Origin: an uncultured Verrucomicrobiae bacterium
GTDB taxonomy: Bacteria; Verrucomicrobiota; Verrucomicrobiia; Limisphaerales; JAFGQR01
Reading direction: 5' to 3'
Length of the DNA stretch: 64,000 bases
Assembly: GCA_963788655.1 (NCBI GenBank)
Contig: CAWBHS010000064.1
Location: 1-64,000 of the forward strand
In this document: positions 35,201 to 47,500 of the stretch, piece after piece
How positions within the stretch are numbered: position 1 is the first letter of the stretch
How the letters are laid out: each line of letters opens with the position of its first letter
The notes under the pieces: model-generated
What the model was told of the DNA's origin: nothing
Seen by the model: the letters and a program-made list of their open reading frames with translations, nothing else
The model's database searches: none
Translations under genes and position numbers: made by a program

Positions 35201-38200
35201 GCTCGGCCCGGCGAACGGTCGTGACCGGGAAATTGGTGCTCGTGTAGTAACTGACCGCCACCACACTATTGGTGGCAAACTGCCGCAGCACCGTCAACGT
35301 CGCGCGCCCGCTGATGGTGTTTTCCGGCTCCCGGTAACTGGCCCGGTCAAACGTGATGACACTGTCATCGCTGATGATCGTCGCGATGGCAACCGGCTGC
35401 GGTCCCAGCGTGGCGCCTTGCGGCGAATCGAGACTCAGGTTCACGGTTTCCGGATCTTCCGGAACCGCGTCGTCAATGACCGGCAGCGTAAAGGTGCGCA
35501 ACACTTCGCCCGGCGGGAAGGTGATCACGTTCGTCACGTTCACATAATCCGCGCCCGGGGTGGCCGTGCCGGCACTGGACGTTTGGCGGACCGACACCTG
35601 CCCGTCGGTGCCGCCCACGCGGCGGACGGAAATAACCGCATTGGTCACGAACTCGTTGATATTGAAATTGGCCGCACTGAATTCCAGCCGCCCGGAGCCG
35701 GTCATGGCGCCGCCATAGAGACGGGCAATTCGGACCCGCGGCTTGCCGTTAACCTGGGTAAACCCGCCGCCAATCACAATGCGGTTCAGGCTGTCCGGCG
35801 TTACCGATGTGACAAAGGCATTGGCGCCGGTGCCGAAGTTGATGGTGGCGTCGCTGGTGCCGTCCTGGTTCAAGCGCGTGATGCGGTTGCGGGTCACGCC
35901 GTTGAACTGGGAGAATTCCCCGACCACCAAAATTTTCTCATCGACTTGCAGGGCCATGCCGTACACAGCGTTGTTGCCGCCGGTCTGTCCGGCCAGGAAC
36001 GTCGTATCGAGCGTGCCGTCGGCATTGAACCGGGCCACGTAATTGCGACTGCTGCCCTGAACACTGGTGAACGAACCTCCCACCAAAATCTTGCCGTCGC
36101 TCTGCACCAGCACGCTGCGCACAGTGCCGTTGAGGGCGGTGCCGACGTCGAAGCTTGAATCCACCGAGCCATCCCGGTTCAACCGGGCCAGGTAACGGCG
36201 CGGCGCGTTGTTGACGGTTTGGAAATCACCGCCCAGCAGAACCTTGCCATTGCTTTGCAGCGCGAGGGCAAACACGGTGTCATCCGGGCCAACGCCGGGA
36301 TTGAAATCGGCGGCCACGTGACCGTTGGCATCGACCATCGCCACGTTGGGCAGGGTGATGCCATTGACGCGAGTGAAGGCGCCGCCCAAAATTACTTTGC
36401 CTTCGGGGGTGAGGGCCAGCGCGTTCACTGCGCCGTCCGCGCCGCCGCCGGGATCAAACGAATTGTCCACCGTCGCGTCCGTGTTCAACCGCGCGAGGTG
36501 GCCGCGGTTCACGCCGCCAATCGAGGTGAAGAAGCCGCCGATCAGAATCTTGCCGTCGTCCTGCAGCGCCAGGGCCCGCACCGAGGCGTCCGGCCCGCCG
36601 TTGATGTTGAAGGTGGTGTCCAAATCCCCAATGTCATTGAGGCGGGCGATCCGGCTGCGGGTGATGTTGTTCACCTGAGTGAAGTCGCCGGCCAATAGAA
36701 TGCGGCCATCGGGCTGCACCGCCACGGCATACACACTGGCATTGGCGCCGGCCTGCGTATCAAAGGTGGTGTCCACCGAACCCGCCGGCGAATTCTCGGA
36801 CTCGTTGTCGATGATCGTCAGAACGGCGGCGGCGGGCGCTCCCAATTCCGCGCCCGTCACGTCGGACAAGGTCAGGTTGACCGTGCGGTTGGGATTGCCC
36901 GTGGTGTCGTCCACGATCGTGACCCGGAAGGCCTTGCTGGATTCGCCGTCGGCAAAGTCCAGCACGCCGTTGGTGTCGTAGTAATGCGTGCCGGCCACCG
37001 CCGTGCCGGCGCTGGTGGCGAACACCACGGAAGCCGGCCCCGCGGTGCCGCCGGCGCGCGTCACGGTAATGACGGCCGAACCGCTGCTTTCGACAACGCC
37101 GTAGGCCGCCGCGCTGAACTGGAGGAAGCCGGGATAATCATCATTTTCAATCGTCAACACCGAGTTGGAAATGGTGCCCAGAGCGCCCGCAAGGGACGGA
37201 TTGTCCAGCATGAGAATCACCGATTCCAAAGGCTCGGCTTCGGTATCATTGATCAGCGGCACCACCAGGTATTTGACCTCGGAGTCCCCGTTGTTCCAAA
37301 CGAGCGTGTTCGTCACGGCCACGAAATCCACGCCGGCTTCGGCGGTACCGGCGGTGGCGCTGGCCTCGACGGTGAGGTAACCGACGTTGCCACCGCTGCG
37401 CTTGACGGCAATCAGTGCGGCCCCGGCATTCTCATTGGTGGTGTAGCCCAGCGAGGTGAAGCTCACCCGGCCGGCGCTGAAATCGTCATCCACAATCGTC
37501 AGCACGGAAGCGGCGGGACTGAGGCGGGCCAGATGCAGCCGGCTCTGATAGTCGATTTGGGAGAAATCGCCGCCAAAGATCACTTTGTTGTCGTTCTGAA
37601 TGGCCAGCGTCTTCACGTTGCCATTGGGTCCGGGCACGAGCGAAACCGCTTCATCCAGCAGATCGTCGGGCTGGAAACGGGCGAGGCGATTCCGGGGCGA
37701 ACCGTTGACCGCGGTAAACGCGCCGCCGATCATGACGCTGCCGGCATAGATGCCCACGGAGTGGACGGCGATGGCATAGACCGGCCCGTTGGGTCCGGTG
37801 CCGATGTTGAACGAGGAATCCAAATTGCCGAAGCGGTTCAGGCGCACGAAGTGGGGGGAATCTCCGGGGGCAATGTATTTTCCGCCAGCCAAAATCGTCC
37901 CGTCGCCGAGCGCGGCCACGCTATGCACGCTGGCGTTGGAAAGCAGAGCGTTGGAAAACCAAATCTCCGAACCGTCCGTCGCGAGACGCGCCACGCCGCC
38001 GGCAAAGTCGCCGCCAATCACAATCTGGCCGCCCTCCTGCAACGCAATGGCCCGCACGGGTCCATCGAGCGACGCCTGAAACGAAGTGTCCACCGCCCCG
38101 TCCGGCCCCAGGCGGACCAGATAGCCATGGTTGGCGTCATCGCTCCAGGCGGTGAAATCGCCGCCAACCAGGATATAGCCGTTGGTTTGAACGACAATCG

Positions 38201-41200
38201 CGCGGACGGTGTTATCGGGGCCATCCCCAAAATCGAAGCCGGACGTATCGAGATCACCGGTACTGGTCAGACGCGCCAAACGGTTCGCGCCCGTGCCGTT
38301 CACCTGGGTAAATTCCCCACCAATCAGCAGTCGGCCGTCGCTTTGGGTCGCCGTGGCGCGCACCGGTCCATTGGCCGTCGCCACGCTGGAAAAGTCGGCA
38401 TCCACGGTGCCGTCGGGATTCAAGCGCACAAGGTTCGCATGATCCGCGCCGTTGAAGGTGGTGAAACTGCCGCCGACGGCCACCTTGCCCCGCGCGGATT
38501 GATTGGTATAGATGGCAGTGGCAAAGACGGTTCCATCGGCACCCAGGCCCGGATTGAAGGTGGGATCGACCGAACTGAAATCGACTGCGGCGCCGCCGGT
38601 GGCGTTGGTGAGCGACAGGAAGACCGATTCCTCATCTTCAACCAGGATATCGTCGAACAGGCGCACCGTGAAAGTCCGGGTGGTCTGGCCCGGCGCGAAG
38701 AAGAGGGTGCCACTGGCCCCGGTGTAATCGGCACTGGAGGCGGTGCCGTTGGCGGTGAAATAGTCCACGCTCACGGAGCCGTCGCTCCCGCCAATACGCT
38801 CGACGGTGATGACCGCGAACCGCCCGTTCTCATTGGTACTGAAATTGGCGGTACTGTAACGGAAGCGGCCCGGCAGGAAATCGTTGTCCACGATCATCAT
38901 CGAGGCCAACGCCCGGTGCAGAGCCCCGTTGATCCCAATGTTTTCGCCGATCAGATACAGGCTGGCATAGGGCTCATACATCGTCAGGTTCGCCGTTTCG
39001 TTGCCTTCGGGGATTTGATCGTCGAGAATGGGGATGACGAAGGAAGTATTGCCGTCGCGGACCGTTTTGTCGGTGACTTCCGTATAATCCTCGCCCGGCG
39101 TCGCGGTGTTCGCGCCAGTCGAAGCCGCGGCCACGAGGTTGCCCAAGCCGCCGTTGTTGCGGGTGATGGTTACCCGCAGTTGGCTGCCATTCTCGTCCAC
39201 CGTGTAGGTCGGGTCGCGGAAGCCGACGTTGCCGGGCCCGCCGGTTCCGCCGCCGAGGATGCGCGCCACGTTCGAGCGAATCCGTTTGTCGGCGCGGGTG
39301 TAAATGGGATCACGGTAATTGCCGCCCACCTGTTGGAAGCGCCCGCCCACGATCAAGTCGCCGCTCGCCTCGATGCCGATGCCATTGACAAAGTTGTTGG
39401 GCTGGTAACTGAACTCGTTGATGAATCCCGCGAACTGATTATACGCGGCGTCCAGGAACGTGGTATCAACCGTGCCGTCCGCGTACAGCCGGGTCAATCC
39501 CTTGCGCCGGGTAAAGTTGAACGTGGTAAACGCGCCGCCGACAAAAATCCGACCGTCGGCCTGAAGCACGATGGTGTTCACCGTATCGTTGGCGCCGATG
39601 CCGGGATTAAAACTTTCATCCAGCGAACCATCGACGTTCAACCGGGCGATCCCTTGGCGGGACCGAAAATCCACCGAAGTAAAGGCGCCGCCCAAGAGAA
39701 CCCGGTTGTCCGGTTGCACGGTCAGGGCATAAACCGTAAAGTCCGCGCCGCCCCGCGGATCAAACGTTTCATCCACCTGGCCGGCTGCGGTCAACCGCAC
39801 AATGCCCGGGCGCACCAAGTCGTTAATCACGTAGAAATCACCGCCGGCCAGGATCCGCTGATTGCTGTCCAGCGCCAGCGCGTACACGGGCCAGTCCACG
39901 ACTGGTTTAAACGACGTGTCGAGGGTGCCATCGTCATTGAGCCGCGCCAAGTGCGGCTGGAAGATGCCGTTGACGGAGAGGAAATCACCACCAATCAGGA
40001 CCTTACCGTCATTCTGCAACGCCAGGGCATAGACGATACCATCCACGCCGTTGCCGGGATTGAAGGTCGAGTCAAGCGCGCCGTTGGAAAGCAGACGGGC
40101 GACGCCGCGGCGCAGGATGCCGTTGTAGGAGGTGAAGCCGCCACCGATCAGCAGCTTGCCGGTGTGATTGGGAAAACTCGTCGAATACAACGTAATGGCG
40201 TTGACCACGCTGTTGGGTCCAGTGTTGGGCGACGCCATGAAGGAACTGTCCAGGAGGCCATTGGCACTGATGCGGGTCAGGAAATTGCGGGGCACCGTGT
40301 CGTAGGCCGTGAACTGGCCGCCGATCACCGCTCGGCCATCGTCTTGAATGGCCACCGCCTGGACGATGCCGTTGGCGCCCGGATTGGGATTGCCGGGTGG
40401 GTTCTGCGACGACACAGCGTCCGGGTTCCAGGCGCGATCAATCGCGCCGGCCGGCGCCTCGTCGTACAGGATGGTTACCGACGTTTCGTAAAAATTGCCC
40501 CGCCGGTTGTTCGGGCTCAGCCGGATGACAAAGTCCTCGTTGAATTCGACCAAGTCGTCATCCACCATGTCAATGGAGAAGGTTCGGCGGGTAACGTTGG
40601 GGGGAAAGTCCAATTCGAAGGTGCGGCCGTTGGGACTGGTGTAATCCGAACCATACACCGCCCCCGACGAACCGGCCATGACCGCAAAGGGAAAGGGGTA
40701 CGGATGGACTTCGACGGTCACTTTTTCGTCCGTAACCGCCGCGGGTCGTACCACCGCAATGGTCACGTTGCGCTGGGTTTGGTCCGGGAGTGGGTCTTCG
40801 CGCACCCGATAGTTCGCGCGCTCGAAGCTGAAGGTTTGGGACAAGTTGGTACCCACTCGCGGGACGATTCATTGTAAATCTTGTCGATCCGCACGGTCGC
40901 CTCGCTGGCAAACGGATCCACCACCGGCACAATTTCCAATGGATTTTCGTCCGGCGCGGGGCGCGGGTTACCGATGCCGACATCGAAGGTCTTGTAGGCG
41001 TTGGTGCCGGGGCCGTCGAGGATGGTCACCAGGAAGCTGGCGCTCATTTGGTAGTCATCGAACACCAGCGTGTTGGTCACCACCCGATAATCACGGTTGG
41101 GGGTGGCGGTGACGAGATCGTTGGTGTCAATTTCCTCGGGCACAATCGTGAAGTAATCCAGCAGCACTTTGCCTTTGGCGCCGTTGTAGCGAGTCACCGT

Positions 41201-41434
41201 AATCAACGCGCCGAGCAAACCATTCTGGGAGACAGTATTGGGACGGCTCTCCTGATCGGTGACTTCGTAGAAGGACGAGGTAAAACCGAAGGTCCCGGCG
41301 GATTGGGCGTCGATGCCACCGTCTTGGGCCCGGACCGAAAGACCGGTCCCGGTCAACCCCGTTAGCAACATCAGGATCCCGAGCGCCAGGCGGCGGACGG
41401 CCGGCGCGGGCAGGCTTTTGCGAATGATGCACAT
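32212..41434 (-). CDS. Giant (~3074 aa) Calx-beta / delta-60-repeat surface protein; one gene split by indels at ~40860 and ~32795
   Basis: ORFs 40763..41434, 32757..40856 and 32212..32793 fuse when one C is added at each junction (GGDFT-LVGGVSRTRIARL restores a repeat). Signal peptide only on the first piece; ...GRFYRVRQVSP tail only on the last. Confidence 0.82.
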
Positions 41435-41482
41435 ATTAAGCTCTCCGAACTGAAATACAGGTCAATGGCATGGATCGGCGCC

Positions 41483-44400
41483 TCATGGTTGTTGAATCCG
41501 GACGCGATAGAACCGGGAACTGCCCGGCGGCACGGCATCGGTGATGGTCACGGGATTGCCGGAAGCGTCGCTGACAAAATTGGTCAACACCTGCCAGCTT
41601 GGCGACGACAGATCGTCCTTGTACTCGACGATGTTGGACGCACTGATCAGCGGGTTCCACGACAGCCGGGCCGTCCCGGACGGCGCCGGAACCAGTTCGA
41701 TCACCAAGCCCAGATCTTCCGGCACGATGAAGGGGGTCGCGTCGTTGGCATTGGCATAACCGTCGCCGTCCGAGTCGATGTCCTTGCTGCTGGCCAGGGC
41801 GGTGTTGAAAGGGCCGTAGGTCACACCGGAAGGATACGTGATGTTGGTGGAACTGTTCATTCCCGTGTAGCTGCTGATCCAAATCAGCCGGCCACTGTTG
41901 TGGCTGTTGAGTTTTTCGACCGGCAGATTGGCGTTGGCGAAGTAAATCTTCATCCCCGGATCAATCCGCAAGGCGGCGTTGTAGTTGGTGGGGTTGTCGA
42001 GCAACTCGAGGTAATCGACATACAGTGCGTTGTTCGTCGTGGCCGGCGAAAACACAAACAGCGAACCGGGCGTGCCGTCCAGCGTAAGCCGTCCCAAGGC
42101 GAGATTGTTGGCGTAGCCCTGGTTGTTCGGGCCGCGGTCCTCGCCCGCCCAGGTGTGATCCGCGCGCCCGGACAAGCCGGGGATGATCGATTGCAGCCGG
42201 GTGCCGAGCAAGTCGCCGAATTGCGGTTTCCGATCAAAATGGAAGCCGGACGTCACGGTCCATTCATTGTTGGCATTGGTGCCGCCGTCGGTGAGGCGGT
42301 TGGTTACGGACATGATCAAGGCGCCCAGCGCGTTCGAAACGCCGGCTTGATACCGGGTGAATTGGTTGGTGAGGTTGTCGGCAAAGATCTGAATGTCGCC
42401 ACTGGCCACCATCTGGGCATTGGTCAGATCGCCGTTTTGGGTTTCGAGGGAAAGCAAACCGCTGTTGGCGTTGATTTGACCACTGCTGGCCAGGTTGGGC
42501 GAACCGTGGTTCTCGAAGTACTCCGTGCGAATCACGTGGGTGGCCCCGTTGATCTGGCCATGGTTGACGAAGTTCTGGTACGGCGAAGCCGGTTCGGCCC
42601 CAAAGTAACCCGCCCCAGTAATGCCGATGTAGCCTTCATTGGTGAGGTTGACCAAATTCGGCACGTCGGTCTGGTTCCAATTGGTGTTCGCTGGAAAGAT
42701 CAGCGCGCCCTGCACGTCAAGGTTGGTGGCCTCCAGGTACACTGTGTTGCCGATGGAAAGCGTGTCGCCAATGACCAGGTTGGTGGCGTGCGCGGCAAAA
42801 TCATAGACCACCGTCGGCCGGATCGTGGTCAGGGCGTTCTCGACGACCAGCGCATGAAAGGCAATCTCGATGCTGTTGGTCGTCGGCGTGGCGTTGGTCC
42901 CGACCCCATTGGTCGAGACAAAGTCAGCGATGTTGGTCCAAACGCCCGACCAGGCATTCACTTCGCCGGACAGGCGCCGCACCGTTGCCGGCGCGAGATT
43001 GCTGATGACCAGCGTCGGTTCCACGGAGGCCAGGTCATATATCAGGTAGGGCGCATCAACCTGGGCCACGCGGTTGCTGGTGAGGTTGCTGGTCTTGATG
43101 CTCAGCAGCGATTCCGACCGGATGCGGGTTTGATCCAGATTGACCCGCCCGCCGACAATTTCGACGCGGCCCGGCATGTTCGTCGGGTCCGTGGTGACGC
43201 CGGTCGTGAGGAACAGCGAGTTAATGGTGCTGATCGTGCCCACCAATTCGTCGCCGATTTGGGCGCCGTAGCCGGCATACATGACCTCCACCTGATTGGA
43301 CCGGTAGCTGGGATTGACCACTAGCGTGTTGGTCCAGGGGAAGTTGTTGGTGATCGGGGTAAAGACATAGGTTCCGTTCGTAAAGATGTAGTTACCACTG
43401 TTCCAATCGTAGGGCTGGCCGCGCACGACCGCCAAGCTGGAAGGCCGGCGGGTGGTGGGGGTCAAGCCATTGCGTTGCAGGGTGATATTCGTCACCGTGG
43501 CGGTGTCATCAATCACATAGACGGAGTTGGTGATACTACGCTGCAAAACAATGTCGTAATCCGAGGTGCTAAAGCGCACCATGGCGCGATACCGACCGCT
43601 GATAGCCCCGTGGCCAGTATCCCCATTGCCGGTAGAAAAGTGGACTTCGGTGCTGAAATTCGTATCGACGCTGTTGGTGGGAGCAAACACCATTTGCACC
43701 ACCCAATTGCTGGGCGTCACCGTATTCGTCAACACCCAGACGTTCGTACAAGATCGCTGCCCAGACTAAAGCCGAAAGACCCCGCCAGGCACCACGGCGG
43801 AGTTGGTGCCCGTCGAGTTGCGGACGAAGACCTGGTGATAAGGCGAACTGGCGTAGGGCACGCCGAAGTTCGGCTGGCTAAAGGAGAGTCCATCCAACGA
43901 AATGAGCGGCATCGGCCGATTGGCGTTGTTGAGGGTGTTGTTTAGACCTTCACCCCAATAGACGTCGTTGACTCCGGCATCGTTGTAAAAGGTGTTCCCA
44001 ATGTAGATGCCGCTGGAGATAAGGGAGGTGTCGTCCGACCCACTCCGTAGTCCGGTTCGTTCGATATCCACCAGATTGGAGCCGTGCAACTTGATGATGC
44101 CCCCGGCGCTGGTCAACAAGTCCCCCGAACTGATGATGTTGGTGGCAAATACCAACAGGACGGTGCCCACGGAAATCTCGCCGCGGTTCACAAAATTGTC
44201 AGCCGCCAGGCGAATGGAATTGGTTACAAAATCAAACCGGAAGCCGGGCGAGGCAAACATGGTGCCGGAGCCGGTATTGGTGAAGTTGAGGCAGTTGGCA
44301 AAGTCGTAGAGGTACAGCGACGATGACACCGAAAAAGCGCTGCGGTTAACGAAGGCGGTCGCATCGACCTGGGGCGCAATGTCCGGCGGCGCAAGTACTG

Positions 44401-44491
44401 GCGCATCATTCTCGAAGAGCGATTGGGTGGCCAAAGCCGACGGCCCGCCCGCCAACGCGAGCAAACTCAGGATACTGACAAATCGTTTCAT
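41483..44491 (-). CDS. Secreted Asn/Thr-rich beta-rich protein (~1002 codons) with TSP3-like Ca motif and FYRV tail; interrupted by in-frame TAG at 43766-43768
   Basis: ORFs 43766..44491 and 41483..43735 are in the same frame, separated by one TAG. Signal peptide MKRFVSILSLLALAGG; DIDSDGDGYANAND; C-terminus SRFYRVRIQQP. Confidence 0.7.
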
Positions 44492-44529
44492 AATTTCAGG
44501 CTTGGTTCAGACATGGGCCAGGGCGACGG

Positions 44530-47500
44530 TTAGGGCGGGTTCACTGGGGGCGTCAGAACCTCTTCTTCAAGTTGCCGGAGGGTGACGGAGTCCGGAAATA
44601 CCACCGGGGGGTTGGTGGTGCCATCGAAAGCGCCCCAAACGAAACCGCCTAGCGTCGTCGTGCTGCTTTCATCCAGAAAGAAAGGTGTCTGGTTCTCGTA
44701 ATAGGGCAATTGATCGGAAAAACGCAGCCGGATGGGGGGGCGAATCACCCCCGGACCAAACTGCGCCGCCTGCCCATTAATCGCATCGTTATTCTCCCAA
44801 TTACCGGTTCCGCTGCGCAGGTTGAGCACCGGCGTCAAGTTATTGACCAGTCCGAGATCCTCAGCCAATAGCAGAATGTCGGGCTCCCCCACGATCCGCC
44901 GGACCACTTGGGAACGTTGCTGGTAGTTGGTAATGACATTTTCCACATACTGGTTCGTAAACGGTAAAAAGAACTGTCCGATCAGCGAGTCGTACCGGTA
45001 GGTGACGTTCTCGAAATAGAGTTTGTCCACCCCCGGCCGGATATTGACGCTGTTAGTGGTGGTCTGGAACTCGACCGGATACGCCGACGAATAAACGTTG
45101 GTCACAGAGGTGACGACAATCGGATTGGTGGTGCCGTAAATATTGGTGCCGCCGGCGTTCGTGCTGACCCCATAATACCGCTGCACCGGGTACGCGGCGA
45201 AGACATATCCCGTACCGTAAGTGACGAGTTGTTCGTTGGTGTAGCTGACCAGGTTGGTGGAGGTCACGTTGGTGCCGGTTACATTGGTGCCGACAACGTT
45301 CGTCCCCAGGAATGCGGGTTGCAGAATGTTGGTGAACTCGAGGTAATTCGTCAGGAGGGTGGAAATCAATTGGTAGCCCACCAGGTTGGTGGGAATGATG
45401 TAAATGCTCCCGTTGACGAAATTGCTTTGATACGCCTGGTTGACCACACTGGTTTGCACAGTACCTGGGGCACCAAAAGCAGGCGGATAGACTTTGATCA
45501 ACTGATGGTTGACCGGGCTGCTGGTGAAGAACGTGTTGGTGATGACATTCCCGTAGGTGTGATAGTAGTTGGTCACTAATATGTTAGTGACCACCGGCAC
45601 CGAAGCCATGATCAGGGTACCCGCCGGCGCATAGGGCGGGTTGGTCAGGTAGGTCAAATAATTGGTGAACGCCTCGGTTGACAGCGTGTAGTAGCTCGAG
45701 TTGATGATCAGGTCCGGGTAAATGGTCTGCATTGCCGCCGGGGAATTGGTTTTCGAAATCGCATTGAACTCGGCCAGGTTGGTCGTGAACACCGGCACTG
45801 GCGAATTGGTATCGACAAAATAACCCAGGTCGATGGTGGCCAAATTGGTGACCGGGACCACGTTGGTCAACAGATCCTCGATGAACTCGTAGCCATAGAG
45901 GGCGGGGGGCACAATATAGACGTTGCCATAGCCCTGGCCGACCGCGGCAAAGACCTCGGCATCGGGGGCGCCCAGCAGGTTGGGCACGGTGGGGTCCAGG
46001 CCGCCGTCAGGATTGAGCCGGGCAAAATTTGTGCGGCCATTTCCGACGCCGTTGGTGACCGCGAACACCCCGCCAACCAGTAATGCTCCATCCCAGTTCA
46101 AACCGATCGTGTTGACATGCGCCGTAGCCGACGCCTGGAAATTGGTGGCGCGAAAACCGGGATCCAAACTGCCGTCGTGATTCAAGCGGGCCAGCAGGGA
46201 GCGCTGGGTGCCGTTGACGTTGCCAAAACTGCCGCCAATAACGATTTGTCCCTGCTTATTGGTGATCACGGCATTGACCGCCGCGCTGACAAAGGCGGTA
46301 AAATTGGTGTCCACGCTGCCGTCCCCATTCAACCGCGCAAGGTGGCTTCGTGACAGCCCGTTAACGTCGGTGAAATCACCACCGATCAGCACTTGGCCCG
46401 TTTCTTGAAGCGCCATGGATTTGACGGTTGCGTTGGCCGCCGCGACGAAATTCGGGTCGAGCGTCCCATCCGCATTCAACCGCGCGAGGTTGGTGCGCGC
46501 CCCGTTGTTAACCGTGGTAAAAGCGCCGCCGATCAGCACCTGTCCGTCTCCTTGCACGGCCACCGTATGGACCGCTCCGTTCGCCGAGGTCACAAAATCG
46601 GTATCCACACTGCCATCAGCATTCAGGCGGGCGATGCCAGCTCGCGGCAGACCATTGACAGTAGCAAACTCTCCTCCTGTCAGCAGCTTGCCATCGGCTT
46701 GCACCGCAATCGCCGAAACCGGTTGATCCACCAGCGGCAAAAAGAGCACGTCCACACTGCCGTCCAAATTGAGCCGCGCCAGATGAGGCCGGTCCATGCC
46801 ATTGACCTGCGTAAAGTCGCCGCCGACCAGCACCTTGCCATCCGGTTGCACCGCGAGGGCGTGGACGGGGCCGTTGACATTGGGAGTGAAGTTGGTGTCG
46901 AAGGTTCCGTTGCCATTGAGCCGGAGCAGATTCGCCAACGGATCCGTGAAGGACCCCCCCACCAGCAACTTCACCCCGGATAAGTTGGTCAGCAGGTTGT
47001 CGAAGGTGTAATCGTAATAGGCCAGGATGTTGGTCGTGAGGTTGGTGGAGACGAATTGCGACGCCGAAACAGGCTGCGCCGGAGCGTTCGAGAAGTAATA
47101 CAGCACGTTGGTCACCACCTGCCGTTCCAAGATGGTTGAATTGGTTCCCGCGATGACCAGGTTCGTGTAGAGCGATAACAGCTCGGTGGAAGTATTGGTT
47201 GTGTGGTGGGTGTTGAAGATGAACTGCTCGAGGTCAATGTTCGTCAGCAACAGCGGAACGTCAGCCCGGTTCGTGATCGCCACCAAGCTGCCGGGCAGGA
47301 TGCGTTCGGCGGCCTGGTTACCCGGCCGGTACAGGAATCGCAAGCCGCCCACGTCATCGCGCGTTAACCCAATCCAGAATTGGCCCGTGCCGGAGGCAAA
47401 ACTGGAAACCGGCGCCGGATTGCCGTTGGCCAAGGAAATGGTGTCGAGGCTCCGTTCAATGGCATCGGCGTAATTCTGCGGCGCAATGGGCTCCCTGATG

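Noticed and set aside
21766..40860. Programmed frameshifting or phase variation at the giant-gene junctions (~21809, ~32795, ~40860)
   Set aside because: The junctions are 2-3 nt runs with no long slippery tract, and similar indels hit housekeeping genes in the same read.
18375..43324. Long plus-strand ORFs (e.g. 24100..27486, 33219..36158, 36984..40877, 41465..43324)
   Set aside because: Antisense shadows of GC-rich minus-strand genes; His/Arg/Gly-rich translations with no recognisable motifs.
43766..43768. Pyrrolysine or recoded amber codon
   Set aside because: No pyl genes are in the window, TAG serves as a normal stop elsewhere (e.g. the M36 gene), and compensating indels explain it.
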